Origin: Oscillospiraceae bacterium
GTDB lineage: Bacteria; Bacillota; Clostridia; Oscillospirales; CAG-272
NCBI GenBank assembly: GCA_015063895.1
Contig: SVTG01000005.1
Coordinates: 7,974 to 71,973, forward strand
Length of the DNA stretch: 64,000 bases
Reading direction: 5' to 3'
The translations under genes and the position numbers were made by a program. This document shows, piece after piece, positions 7,001 to 14,886 of the stretch. The stretch's first letter is position 1. Each line of letters starts with the position of its first letter. Below the pieces are notes generated by a model that saw only the letters and a program-made list of their open reading frames with translations, was not told where the DNA came from and did not search any database.

Positions 7001-9607
7001 CGCGGTGCGCTGCTCTTTTGCATAGGTCTTGGTGTAGGTGCCGCTGCCAATGGTCACAGCGCCGCTGTTGAGCACGATAAAGGAGTCGTTGGACGCAAGG
7101 TCAATATTGGCGTTGGTCAGGGTAAGCGAGCCGCTGTTGACCGTAAAGACAGTGCCGACAGAGGTGCCCGTCAGGCCGTCGACCGTCACGTTCGCGCCGT
7201 CGATGGTAACCGAGGAAAGACCCTGAAGGTTAAAGAACAGATTTTGACGGGGCTTACCGAGCATCGATGCAAGATCCTCGCTGGAGGGGAAATCGTAAAC
7301 GCCGGCTACCTCAAGAAGCTGCCAGTTGATGTAGTTCTCGATCAGATCACGGAAGGCAGCCTGATCACCGTTGAAGGTGCCGTCAAAGGTATAGCCGGTC
7401 ACGCCGCTCGAGAAGCCCGTGCTGTCAAGAGAAATGCCTCTCCAGGATCTAATCTCAACGTTATAGATGGCCTCATCGGAGGTCAGGAACCAGGGGGTAT
7501 CGTCGATGATCAGCGTGAGGTATTTAGTCTGACCGCCCACCTCGGTGTTGCCCATCGTGAAGTTGCCCGTAATACCGTCTGCATTTTTGGCAACGTTGGC
7601 AAAGGAGGGAGCGTCAACACCCGACCACTGCAGGGCGTTACCGCCCTCGATGGATACCGTGCCGGCTGCTGCGAAATACACGAAGGTATCAACATTCGCA
7701 CGCGTAAGCGTCGCGCCCTCGGAAACGGCGTCGGTGCCGTCGGCATTCTTGTAAGCAGAGCCTGCGACCTTGAAGGTCACGACCGCATCTGCGTGGCCGA
7801 CACGGACGATACCCATACTGGTATTCGTAGAGCGAGAAATGAACTCACCGCCGTAGACGGTGATGGTGGAAGCTGTACCGGCATAGATCACGCCCGTGCC
7901 ACTGTCAGCATTCTGCATCACCTCAAAGCGACCGCCGTAGACGTTGAGGGTGATGCCGGCGCTACCCACGCGCAGACCGTGGCAGTTTGCCTGGTTGGGG
8001 TTAGAATAATACTCACCACCGTAGACGTTAATGGTCGAGCCCGTGGCTCCGGTACGGAGCCAGGAATAGCCGTAATGGGTACCGCCCGTGACGGTCAGGG
8101 TACTGTTTTCCTCGGAAAGCATAACCGTACCGTTACTGTTACCGCAAAAGAAGAAGCCGCCCGTGATCTTTACGACGGGAGAACAGGAGCCGGCGTTGCT
8201 GGCAACGTTTACGGGGATACAGGTATATACCAGGCCGGTCTTCAAGGTACCGTCGGTTTTAGCGGTATCATAGTAGTAAAGGCCGTTGCCATAAGAGGTG
8301 GTAAAGCTGATGTTTTCGGGATCCACGTCCACGAAACTGAAGAAACCGCCGTTAATGGTCAGCGTATGGCCGCGGAAGTAAATACCGGAGTTATAGCCGC
8401 CCGCATTCCACTGGCCGGAGGTGAGGAACTTACCGCCGTTGATGGTGACGTCTACTCTTTCTTCAACGTCGGCGCTGCTGGTCTGCGAAATGAAAAGCGC
8501 CATATCCATACCGGAGTAATAGCCGCTCCAGATCGTGACGTTGGAGGATTGGTTGGAAATTTTCACGGGAACAGAGTTCTTAGAGTTCGCGGCTCGGGAG
8601 GTAACGACGTAAATATCGTCCTTCACATCGTTCTTATCCTGGCCCGCCGCAGTGCCGAGCACCACCGTGCCGGTAGTGCCGTCACCGGCACCGCCACTGT
8701 TGAAAACGATACCGTTCGTATATGCCGTCACGGTGAACTTACCCGCCACGCTGAGGTTGGCGCCCTCGGTAAGCACCACACCGTTGCCTTCAGGGGCATT
8801 GATGGTCACGTTGCCGTAAAACTCGATCGTAACGGGGCCGAAGCACATACCGTCGGAGCGTGCGTTGATGGTGGTGGTGCCGCAAATGGTCACCTTGCCG
8901 CCCGTATAACCGGAGGGGATATAGAAAACATCGCTGGCTGCGAAGGTGCCGCCGAGCACCGTCAGCTCTACGTTATTGCCGGTCAGGCGGAAGCCGTCGG
9001 AGCCGGTGGAGTTCATCTGACCGCCCGCGATATCAACAGTCACCTTCACGGTGCCCGTGGCAATAGCGTCGTTGGCGCTGTAAACCAGCTGGTTCTTGGT
9101 GGTGATATCGGTCTTGGCGCCCGTGAATTTCACGTGGCTGCCCACCGTGCCGAAATGATAGGCACAGCTTGCGTTCACAACGACGAGGTCGTTAAGAACA
9201 AGCACGCCGTCGGTGTAGGTATTGCGGAAGAGGAAGTCGCTCGTTGCAGCGGTCAGTTTGACGTTGGTTACAGTCGCGCTTGCTGCGTTGAAGGTAACGA
9301 GCACGGCATCCTCGCCCTCGGCAGGCGTCATATCAGCAAAGCTGATGCTGAAGCCCTGACCGTCAATGGTGAGGTTCTTGCTCACTGTTACGGGGGTTGC
9401 GTTCGTAACGTCCTTAAGCAGCTTCACGGTATCGCCCGCGTCTGCTGCGTCGACAGCATCCTGCAGGGTAGCGGCATAGCCCTTGCCAACTACCTGCCAG
9501 GCGTTGTCGCCCTGCTCTGCATCCAATGCGGAGGATACCAGCATGGTGGCGAGGGCCAGCACACAGATCATCGCAATAAGAAGCAGAATCTTGACTTGCT
9601 TTTTCAT
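4091..9607 (-). CDS. Giant secreted protein (1838 aa), probably right-handed beta-helix / adhesin-like, with an internal ~290-aa duplication
   Basis: Lies within ORF 4091-9640. ATG 9607 is preceded by AGGAGA. Signal peptide: MKKQVKILLLIAMICVLALATMLVSSA. Dozens of short repeats occur of the type (T/N)V.GG.F / G.T.T(I/V)NGG.F / NVYGG.F. I saw no LPxTG, SLH, dockerin or choline-binding motif. Confidence 0.9.
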   Translation of the reverse strand: MKKQVKILLLIAMICVLALATMLVSSALDAEQGDNAWQVVGKGYAATLQDAVDAADAGDTVKLLKDVTNATPVTVSKNLTIDGQGFSISFADMTPAEGEDAVLVTFNAASATVTNVKLTAATSDFLFRNTYTDGVLVLNDLVVVNASCAYHFGTVGSHVKFTGAKTDITTKNQLVYSANDAIATGTVKVTVDIAGGQMNSTGSDGFRLTGNNVELTVLGGTFAASDVFYIPSGYTGGKVTICGTTTINARSDGMCFGPVTIEFYGNVTINAPEGNGVVLTEGANLSVAGKFTVTAYTNGIVFNSGGAGDGTTGTVVLGTAAGQDKNDVKDDIYVVTSRAANSKNSVPVKISNQSSNVTIWSGYYSGMDMALFISQTSSADVEERVDVTINGGKFLTSGQWNAGGYNSGIYFRGHTLTINGGFFSFVDVDPENISFTTSYGNGLYYYDTAKTDGTLKTGLVYTCIPVNVASNAGSCSPVVKITGGFFFCGNSNGTVMLSEENSTLTVTGGTHYGYSWLRTGATGSTINVYGGEYYSNPNQANCHGLRVGSAGITLNVYGGRFEVMQNADSGTGVIYAGTASTITVYGGEFISRSTNTSMGIVRVGHADAVVTFKVAGSAYKNADGTDAVSEGATLTRANVDTFVYFAAAGTVSIEGGNALQWSGVDAPSFANVAKNADGITGNFTMGNTEVGGQTKYLTLIIDDTPWFLTSDEAIYNVEIRSWRGISLDSTGFSSGVTGYTFDGTFNGDQAAFRDLIENYINWQLLEVAGVYDFPSSEDLASMLGKPRQNLFFNLQGLSSVTIDGANVTVDGLTGTSVGTVFTVNSGSLTLTNANIDLASNDSFIVLNSGAVTIGSGTYTKTYAKEQRTAIITVYTGTLTINGGTFEARSGGSIVYYDENRALGTSTTVVNGGIFNIPNPEQGGNASYYSGGIFFVGADAGVGHVGTLNIYNGSFTATGFVRNYSTAVDANDATLPHETEKFVANIYGGTFVGNALKGINSNNRYMFQIARIGKHEINFVEGGTATLSAGAYGYFFNANASANGCTFNILSGTFDGSMRWINSGKVATWNIANATFKDTKGVMSGSGMYFSAVVNTVNITNAIFELSCAKPWIETDDVAHVITVSGATVKLANGATLTTLGASAVFAMTDSTVYIGEGAALPADAAIWANTQFVLQGSADAAVLENGDNFTVTDLASAIAAANAALLRAYAANTYIKPNVNLTMALETVVPFTVNTGATLTLNWPELTYTGGFLTVNGGNVTIECGTFVTEDASKILTLNSGTLTVNGGSYTKTNTGAWNTGIAFVGGGTLNVTDGTFLQHDGGSMFRFEGEGITANISGGSYTILAPAQGGGSSYYVGGIFYIGSPGSVTNAASGELRISAGEFSAAGIVRIYAIYTKDGTYTADSEAHTEKGFKAYISGGTFHGVADANVGTNDRYMFQIARPGAHLIEFTKGGTATVEASAYTQIFMFDASAVVELGATINVYSGVFDGGCNWFGGNKIITLNIDGATFKDTKSVTTGTGSYSAIYATAGSKITIKNTTFSASSVSTGFWYTNSANADITFENCVIETNELIYTVVENANMTFKNTLIIVTGADDVIFDTVTPVLENVTVIIPANNGATKPTESHVVIDAYAPIVRYAGIEFKAWSVNKASGENASVTDAVALYADTAAAETSGIRFISTVSADVVAALTAGGKTLKFGTLVAPADYVAKAKTFTPEALEAAFGQGVISYVKIPAVYSLVTDGEGNVSFSGILVNLKSNTRVYAAVSYIEVYEGETLVDTVYSAYDAQQNAKSAEQMADAIVADAEAYAALDEGEKAIVDAYANGKVEVVIPEPVE

Positions 9608-9701
9608 AAGAGTTTCTCCTTTTGAAAAATTTTTTCGCAAAGCATCTTGCGCCCAACAGCACGGCGGTTACCGGTGTGCGGCAAGACAAATTTACAAGTA
9701 A

Positions 9702-9730
9702 ATTATATAATAGTTACTATTTAAAATCAA
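9702..9730 (-). promoter_or_regulatory. Sigma-A-type promoter of the giant gene
   Basis: The minus strand reads TTGATT-17 nt-TATAAT (-35 at 9725-9730, -10 at 9702-9707). This implies a 5' UTR of roughly 90 nt. Confidence 0.55.
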
Positions 9731-9842
9731 TATTTTCATAGTTTTTTGTGAGGATTGCTCATAAAATAAGTATGAATGTATATTCACACGCGCGCAGCAC
9801 GCGTTTTTATTATGTAGATACGTGCAGAAAAGGATGATGAAC

Positions 9843-9883
9843 AAACGGCGCAAAGCCTTGCCACGCAAGGCTTTGCGCCGTTT
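9843..9883. other. Perfect 17-bp inverted repeat / hairpin
   Basis: aaacggcgcaaagcctt-gccacgc-aaggctttgcgccgttt. GC palindromes follow it: gggcggcg...cgccgccc (9886-9918) and cccgtacggg. Confidence 0.6.
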
Positions 9884-10036
9884 AAGGGCGGCGAGTGGCG
9901 ACAACCCACCCGCCGCCCCGTACGGGCCGGCGGGCATGAGCAAAGTTCACAAATTCAACACATTGCGGGCGGATTTAATCAGAATGTTTTCAATTTCGTA
10001 ATATTTACAAGGCGGTTTTGGGGGAGTTATTATCCA

Positions 10037-10114
10037 CGTACCCTACAGGTGGGCGTTACATTGTGCGTGAAAATTTTTGAAAAGGAAAAGGCGGCGAGCA
10101 GGGCTCGCCGCCTT
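10037..10114 (+). repeat. Direct repeat copy B (partner at 3771-3845). Its hairpin (10090-10112) also serves as terminator of the P-loop gene.
   Basis: cgtaccctacagg...tacattgtgcgtg (10057-10069)...39-nt core 10076-10114, identical to 3807-3845. Confidence 0.95.
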
Positions 10115-10180
10115 TTTCACAATCGTAAAAATTGCATTTCACAATGACCGTAAAATTACGTTTTGTGATAGCGATAAAAA

Positions 10181-10588
10181 TTACAGATACTTCTTGATGG
10201 TGTCGGTTGCCTCTTCTGCGGGAATAGAAGCGGTCATAAACACATTCACCTCATGCTTAGCAAGCAGGCTATTCAGATTCTCAAGCATAGCCTCCAGTGC
10301 GCTGATATTGCCACCGCAGATCTTGAACGTGTTATCAACAAAGAGATCGGTTACGTCATAGTTGCTGGCAAGAATACCCGCGATGAAGCCGTAAAGCGCC
10401 TCTGCATCATGGATCAGATACTCTTCGGTATCTACAAGACGAACCTTGGATTTAATATCGAAACGCAGCTGCGTACCCTTTTCCACACACACAACGTCAC
10501 CGTGCGAAGTTGCAGCAGCGGCATTAACCTTTTCAATCAGAGTTTTGGTTTTACCCGTACCCTTTACGCCAATCATCAATTTGAGCAT
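10181..10588 (-). CDS. Small stand-alone P-loop NTPase (135 aa), function unknown
   Basis: Walker A GVKGTGKT at residues 7-14. Candidate Walker B is DLFVDN. RBS GGAGG lies 9 nt upstream. Confidence 0.7.
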   Translation of the reverse strand: MLKLMIGVKGTGKTKTLIEKVNAAAATSHGDVVCVEKGTQLRFDIKSKVRLVDTEEYLIHDAEALYGFIAGILASNYDVTDLFVDNTFKICGGNISALEAMLENLNSLLAKHEVNVFMTASIPAEEATDTIKKYL

Positions 10589-10641
10589 TTGACAATACCT
10601 CCGTTTTGTTACAGCGCAGATCTTACTCTGCCTTTACAATT

Positions 10642-10670
10642 ATTATACACGATAATTTTTTGTATTGCAA
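10642..10670 (-). promoter_or_regulatory. Sigma-A-type promoter of the P-loop gene
   Basis: The minus strand reads TTGCAA-17 nt-TATAAT (-35 at 10665-10670, -10 at 10642-10647). Confidence 0.55.
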
Positions 10671-10695
10671 GGGGGTTTTGGAAAAAAATACAAAG

Positions 10696-10730
10696 AAAAA
10701 ACAGCGCTTGTTGCATTTGCGCTGTTTTTT
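10696..10730 (-). terminator. Intrinsic terminator of pgi
   Basis: aaaaaacagcgc-(11-nt loop)-gcgctgtttttt, 14 nt downstream of the pgi stop. Confidence 0.75.
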
Positions 10731-10743
10731 CTCTTTTTTCAAC

Positions 10744-12084
10744 TTATTTTGCAAGACGGGCGTCAAGAGCTGCCTTTTGCTCCTCATAGCCGGGCTTGCC
10801 AAGCAAGGCAAACATATTCTTTTTATAAGCCTCAACACCGGGCTGATCAAAGGGATTAACACCCAGCAGATATCCCGAAATAGCGCAAGCCTTTTCAAAG
10901 AAATAAAGCAGATAGCCAAGCGAATATGCACTGCGGTCAGCAAGCTCCAGCACAAGGTTCGGCACGCCGCCGTCAACGTGTGCAAACAGCGTTCCCTGCT
11001 GCGCCATACCGTTGACATAGTTCAGATCGCACCCCGACAGGAAATTCAGCCCGTCGATATTTTCAGGATCGTTGGGAATCAGCTGAGTAGCACCCGTATC
11101 CTTGACACAGATCACGGTTTCAAAGAGATTGCGCATACCGTCCTGGATATACTGGCCGAGCGAATGAAGGTCGGTGGAGAAAATGACAGATGCCGGGAAC
11201 AGGCCCTTACCGTCCTTGCCCTCGCTCTCGCCGAAGAGCTGCTTCCACCACTCGGCAAGCATCTGCATAAAGGGCTCGTAGCCGACCAGGATCTCGGTCG
11301 TCTTACCGCGGCGCAGCAAAATATTGCGAAGGGCGGCATACTTGTAGCAATCGTTTTTCGTAATATCGGGATCGGCATAAGCCTCGCGTGCGCCGTTGGC
11401 ACCTGCCATCAATGCATCGATATCAACGCCCGATACGGCGATGGGCAACAGACCGACAGCGGAAAGCACGGAAAATCTGCCACCAACGTCGTCCGGTACC
11501 ACAAAGGTCTCATAGCCAACCTTATCGGCAAAGCCCTTCAGGGTGCCGCGTGCACGGTCGGTGGTCACAAAGATGCGCTCGCGCGCCTCCTCCTTGCCGT
11601 ATTTCTTTTCAAGCAGCTCACGGAATACGCGGAAGGCAACGGCAGGCTCGGTGGTGGTGCCCGATTTGGAGATCACGTTGATGCAAACGTCACGCCCCTC
11701 GCAAATGGAAAGCAGCTCCTGCATATTGGAGGCACTGATGTTGCAGCCCGAAAAGTAAATATCGGGGGTATCCTTTTTGAGATTGTTGTAAAGCGGCGAC
11801 TTCAAAAACTCTACCACAGCACGTGCGCCGAGGTAAGAGCCACCGATACCGATGACGATAAATACGTCACATTTTTTCTGGATCTTAGCAGCGGCAGCCT
11901 TGATACGCGCATACTCCTCTTTATCGTAATCGCGCGGCAGGTCTACCCAACCGAGAAAGGCATTGCCAAGACCGGTCTTTTCGGTCAGCATATTGTGTGC
12001 GGCGGTCACCATAGGCTGGATAGCCACGTATTCATTCTCGGCGACAAAGGGCGCCACGTAGGTATCAACAAGACGAATAGACAT
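10744..12084 (-). CDS. pgi: Glucose-6-phosphate isomerase
   Basis: Lies within ORF 10744-12105. ATG 12084 is preceded by AAGGAGA. A Firmicutes-type ~447-aa PGI ([31 protein letters not shown]). Confidence 0.95.
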   Translation of the reverse strand: MSIRLVDTYVAPFVAENEYVAIQPMVTAAHNMLTEKTGLGNAFLGWVDLPRDYDKEEYARIKAAAAKIQKKCDVFIVIGIGGSYLGARAVVEFLKSPLYNNLKKDTPDIYFSGCNISASNMQELLSICEGRDVCINVISKSGTTTEPAVAFRVFRELLEKKYGKEEARERIFVTTDRARGTLKGFADKVGYETFVVPDDVGGRFSVLSAVGLLPIAVSGVDIDALMAGANGAREAYADPDITKNDCYKYAALRNILLRRGKTTEILVGYEPFMQMLAEWWKQLFGESEGKDGKGLFPASVIFSTDLHSLGQYIQDGMRNLFETVICVKDTGATQLIPNDPENIDGLNFLSGCDLNYVNGMAQQGTLFAHVDGGVPNLVLELADRSAYSLGYLLYFFEKACAISGYLLGVNPFDQPGVEAYKKNMFALLGKPGYEEQKAALDARLAK

Positions 12085-12206
12085 TTTAAAGGTTCTCCTT
12101 TTCATAGGGCGCGAAGCCCCGGTGTTGTTTTTTCAAACACTGTTATTCTACACTATTTTTTGAGGAATTGCAATATCATTACCACATTTTTTACCCATTT
12201 TTCGCG

Positions 12207-13385
12207 CTAAAGCAATAACATTTTTGCCAAAATCCGATAAAAAAGTGTGCCAAACCCAATTTTTTCAACACTTTGTGTTGCAACCACGTCCACCGCACCG
12301 ATCTCGTGACCGTCAAGCTCATATACGATACGCCCGACGCGCGCCCCCTCCTCTATGGGAGCCTTCAGGGCATCGTCAAGCTCCACGCGCGATCTCACGC
12401 GTGCGGCCTCACCCTTTTTCAGCGTGATGGCAACGGGCGCATACCGTAACGCACAGGTATCGGCAATACCGCCCTTTACCGTGCGGCTGAGCTCTCCCCC
12501 CTCGGCCTCAAAAATACCGTAATTGGCAAAGCCGTAATCAAGGAGCTTAGCGGCCGTTTGATTACGGATATCACGCGTATCGGCGGCCATCACCACAGCG
12601 ATCAGAGAAACACCGTCACGCTCGGCCGTGGCGCTGATGCAGAAGCCCGCACGTGCGGTAGACCCTGTTTTAAGCCCTGTGCAGCCACGGTAAAAGCGCA
12701 CCAAGCGATTGGTATTGGTCAGCCCAAAGCTGCCGTCGCGCACGGTATCCATCCAAATCCCACTATACTTTAAAATAGTGGGATGGGCGATCAGGGCCCG
12801 TGACATAATGGCGATATCGCGCGCTGAGGTCACGTGATTTTGTGCCGTATCGTCAAGGCCGTTGGTGTTTTCAAAATTGGTGTTTTTCATACCAAGCGCG
12901 ACGGCACGGGCATTCATACGGCGCACAAACTCCGCCTCGCTCCCCGCCACGTGCTCGGCAAGTGCCACGGCGCAGTCGTTGGCAGAGGCAATAACGACGC
13001 ATTTCAGCATCTCCTCTACCGTCATGGCCTCCCCTTCCTTCAGATAGACCTGCGAGCCGCCCATTGAGGCTGCGTGTGCACTGACCGTTACGGTATCCGT
13101 TAACGTAAGGCCACCTCCGTCGATCGCTTCCATCACCAAAAGCAAGGTCATGATCTTCGTCACCGATGCCGGCGGCAAGGCCTCATCGGCGTTTTGCTCA
13201 AGGAGCACCTGCCCCGTTTTGGCGTCCATCAGAATCGCCGAACGGCAGGGCAGCTTTTCCTGCTCCGCTGTCGTATCCTTTTCATCACGCGGCACCTGCA
13301 CGGCAGCCAAGCCTTCAAAAGGCACCAAGCATACAAAAAGCGCGGCAAGAAGCATACAAAGTAAAATCTTACACGTGGTTTTCAT
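12207..13385 (-). CDS. D-alanyl-D-alanine carboxypeptidase (low-MW PBP, class S11)
   Basis: SxxK (SVTK), SxN (SAND) and KTG (KTGST) motifs, plus a signal peptide. ATG 13385 is preceded by GGGGGTG. Confidence 0.9.
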   Translation of the reverse strand: MKTTCKILLCMLLAALFVCLVPFEGLAAVQVPRDEKDTTAEQEKLPCRSAILMDAKTGQVLLEQNADEALPPASVTKIMTLLLVMEAIDGGGLTLTDTVTVSAHAASMGGSQVYLKEGEAMTVEEMLKCVVIASANDCAVALAEHVAGSEAEFVRRMNARAVALGMKNTNFENTNGLDDTAQNHVTSARDIAIMSRALIAHPTILKYSGIWMDTVRDGSFGLTNTNRLVRFYRGCTGLKTGSTARAGFCISATAERDGVSLIAVVMAADTRDIRNQTAAKLLDYGFANYGIFEAEGGELSRTVKGGIADTCALRYAPVAITLKKGEAARVRSRVELDDALKAPIEEGARVGRIVYELDGHEIGAVDVVATQSVEKIGFGTLFYRILAKMLLL

Positions 13386-13432
13386 AAAAATCACCCCCGA
13401 CTACCCTATGAGGCGCGGAGGTGACTCAGAAC

Positions 13433-13993
13433 TTATTTGATTTTTTTACCCTCCGAGAAGGCGTGACCGACAACGGCACCAAGGGTGCGGTAGGTATGCC
13501 CTACGGGGTCGTAAACGATAGGAGAAAATTGATTTAAGTCAATTTTTCCCTTGTCGTCAAGCACGGCGGTATCGACCGAAACGTTCACGATCTCACCCAC
13601 CAGATGGCAGGTTGCGGCATCGTAGCTTTTCACTCGGCAAGCAAGCACCATCGGAAGCTTATCAAAAACAGGCGCATCAACAAAGGCACTTTTCTCTGCT
13701 TGCCAGCCTGTTTTCTTCAGCTTATCCGCGGTATCGTTACCGGACACAATGCCGACAAAATCGGCTGCCACGACCTCCTCTCTTGTTGCGGGGCTGACGG
13801 TAAAGGCGCCCCGCGCGAGAAAATTAGCGGTGGTCTTATGATCGTCACTGACACAGATCGTGATCTCATTTTCCTCACTGATACCGCCCCAGGCCGCATT
13901 CATGGCATTGGGGGTACCGTTTTCATCATACGTGCCGATGATCAGCACGGGCATCGGATAAAGCCAGGGCTTTGCACCAAAATCCTTACGCAT
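13433..13993 (-). CDS. Flavin reductase-like (FMN-binding split-barrel) protein
   Basis: PMPVLIIGTYDENGTPNAMNAAWGG is typical of the flavin reductase domain. The start chosen at ATG 13993 avoids overlapping the upstream gene. Confidence 0.8.
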   Translation of the reverse strand: MRKDFGAKPWLYPMPVLIIGTYDENGTPNAMNAAWGGISEENEITICVSDDHKTTANFLARGAFTVSPATREEVVAADFVGIVSGNDTADKLKKTGWQAEKSAFVDAPVFDKLPMVLACRVKSYDAATCHLVGEIVNVSVDTAVLDDKGKIDLNQFSPIVYDPVGHTYRTLGAVVGHAFSEGKKIK

Positions 13994-14004
13994 AGAATTA
14001 CCTC

Positions 14005-14886
14005 TCATATCGCTTTCCAGCAAAGGAAATTATTTTCAAATATCACGTCGATGCGTCTCTCATTCTTGAGCCACGCAAGATAGGAGCGAAGCGTGCTGCC
14101 CACCAGCCCGTACTGCTGAAAATTCAGCGGCGCACCGTATTGCGTAAGAAGCAGGGAGAAGAGCGATTCAAAGTGCTTCGGGGTGGCAAGCAGCGCAACG
14201 ATATCCTCGGCCACAGCCAGCGTCGCCTCGGTATTATACTGTGCAAGAGGCGCAATATCCTCGGTTGGGGCCGCGTGCGAGGGCACGTAGATATCTGCCG
14301 CTATCTCGGGCAGTCCGCGCAGCGTTTCAAGGTAAGACGCAATATCATAGATATAGCAGATCTTATATTTGTCAAGCGTTTCCTGCGAGGAGAGCGCATC
14401 ACCGAGAAAGGCCACGCCATCGTCGGTAAGAAACCCGACCATATCCATCGCGTGCCCCGAAAGCGGCAAAAGCGAAAGCCCCTGCGGCAGCACAGCATCG
14501 CTTAAGGGCTCTGCCACGCTTGCCTCGGCCAATAAAAACTTATGTCGCAGCTCCTTTGGCGGATAAGCGCCAAACAGCGTCAGGGGCTCTAAGATCGGAT
14601 AATTGGTATAAGCCGCCTCCAGCCCCTTGGCAAACACGCGGCAGCCTGTGTTTTTCTGCAAATAGGCGTTACCGCCGATATGGTCGGCGTGGGAATGCGT
14701 ATTATAGATCGCCACAAGCCGCCAGCCACGCTCGTTGATAGTGCGCAGAACCCGCTTCGCGGCACTGGCATCGTTGCCGCTGTCAATGAGAACCACGTCG
14801 GTCTCGCTGATGCGGTAAAGACCGATCTTGGCGGGACTTGCAAAGTAATAGCTGTTCCCCTTTACGTGTATAAGCTCCAGCATCAT
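14005..14886 (-). CDS. MBL-fold metallo-hydrolase
   Basis: HSHADHIGG (HxHxDH) motif. 293 aa. Confidence 0.85.
   Translation of the reverse strand: MMLELIHVKGNSYYFASPAKIGLYRISETDVVLIDSGNDASAAKRVLRTINERGWRLVAIYNTHSHADHIGGNAYLQKNTGCRVFAKGLEAAYTNYPILEPLTLFGAYPPKELRHKFLLAEASVAEPLSDAVLPQGLSLLPLSGHAMDMVGFLTDDGVAFLGDALSSQETLDKYKICYIYDIASYLETLRGLPEIAADIYVPSHAAPTEDIAPLAQYNTEATLAVAEDIVALLATPKHFESLFSLLLTQYGAPLNFQQYGLVGSTLRSYLAWLKNERRIDVIFENNFLCWKAI

Noticed and set aside
6251-9625. A 1124-aa ORF on the plus strand, antisense to the giant gene. Further very long antisense ORFs occur at 10606-12210, 14919-16022, 21463-22851, 22557-24122, 23947-25176, 28975-31020, 31091-33190, 46361-47419 and 59853-61004.
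   Set aside because: For the two I checked (6251-9625 vs the giant gene, 10606-12210 vs pgi), the ORF is in the codon-aligned antisense frame of a gene with strong family signatures. That frame stays open whenever the sense gene avoids TTA, CTA and TCA codons, as expected with this GC3-rich codon bias. The others are presumably the same. All the translations are low-complexity (G/A/V/R/H-rich), with no recognisable motifs or RBSs. They are shadow ORFs, not genes.
9833-10000. A small, very basic ORF on the plus strand (MMNKRRKALPRKALRRLRAASGDNPPAAPYGPAG…) and ORF 9692-9943 on the minus strand.
   Set aside because: Both run straight through the 17-bp and GC palindromes, so their odd mirror-like sequences are by-products of the hairpins. 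Neither has a credible RBS.
3771-10114. A possible diversity-generating retroelement (template/variable repeat pair) acting on the giant repetitive protein.
   Set aside because: Both repeat copies are intergenic. The differences between them are not adenine-specific. No reverse transcriptase gene is present in the window.
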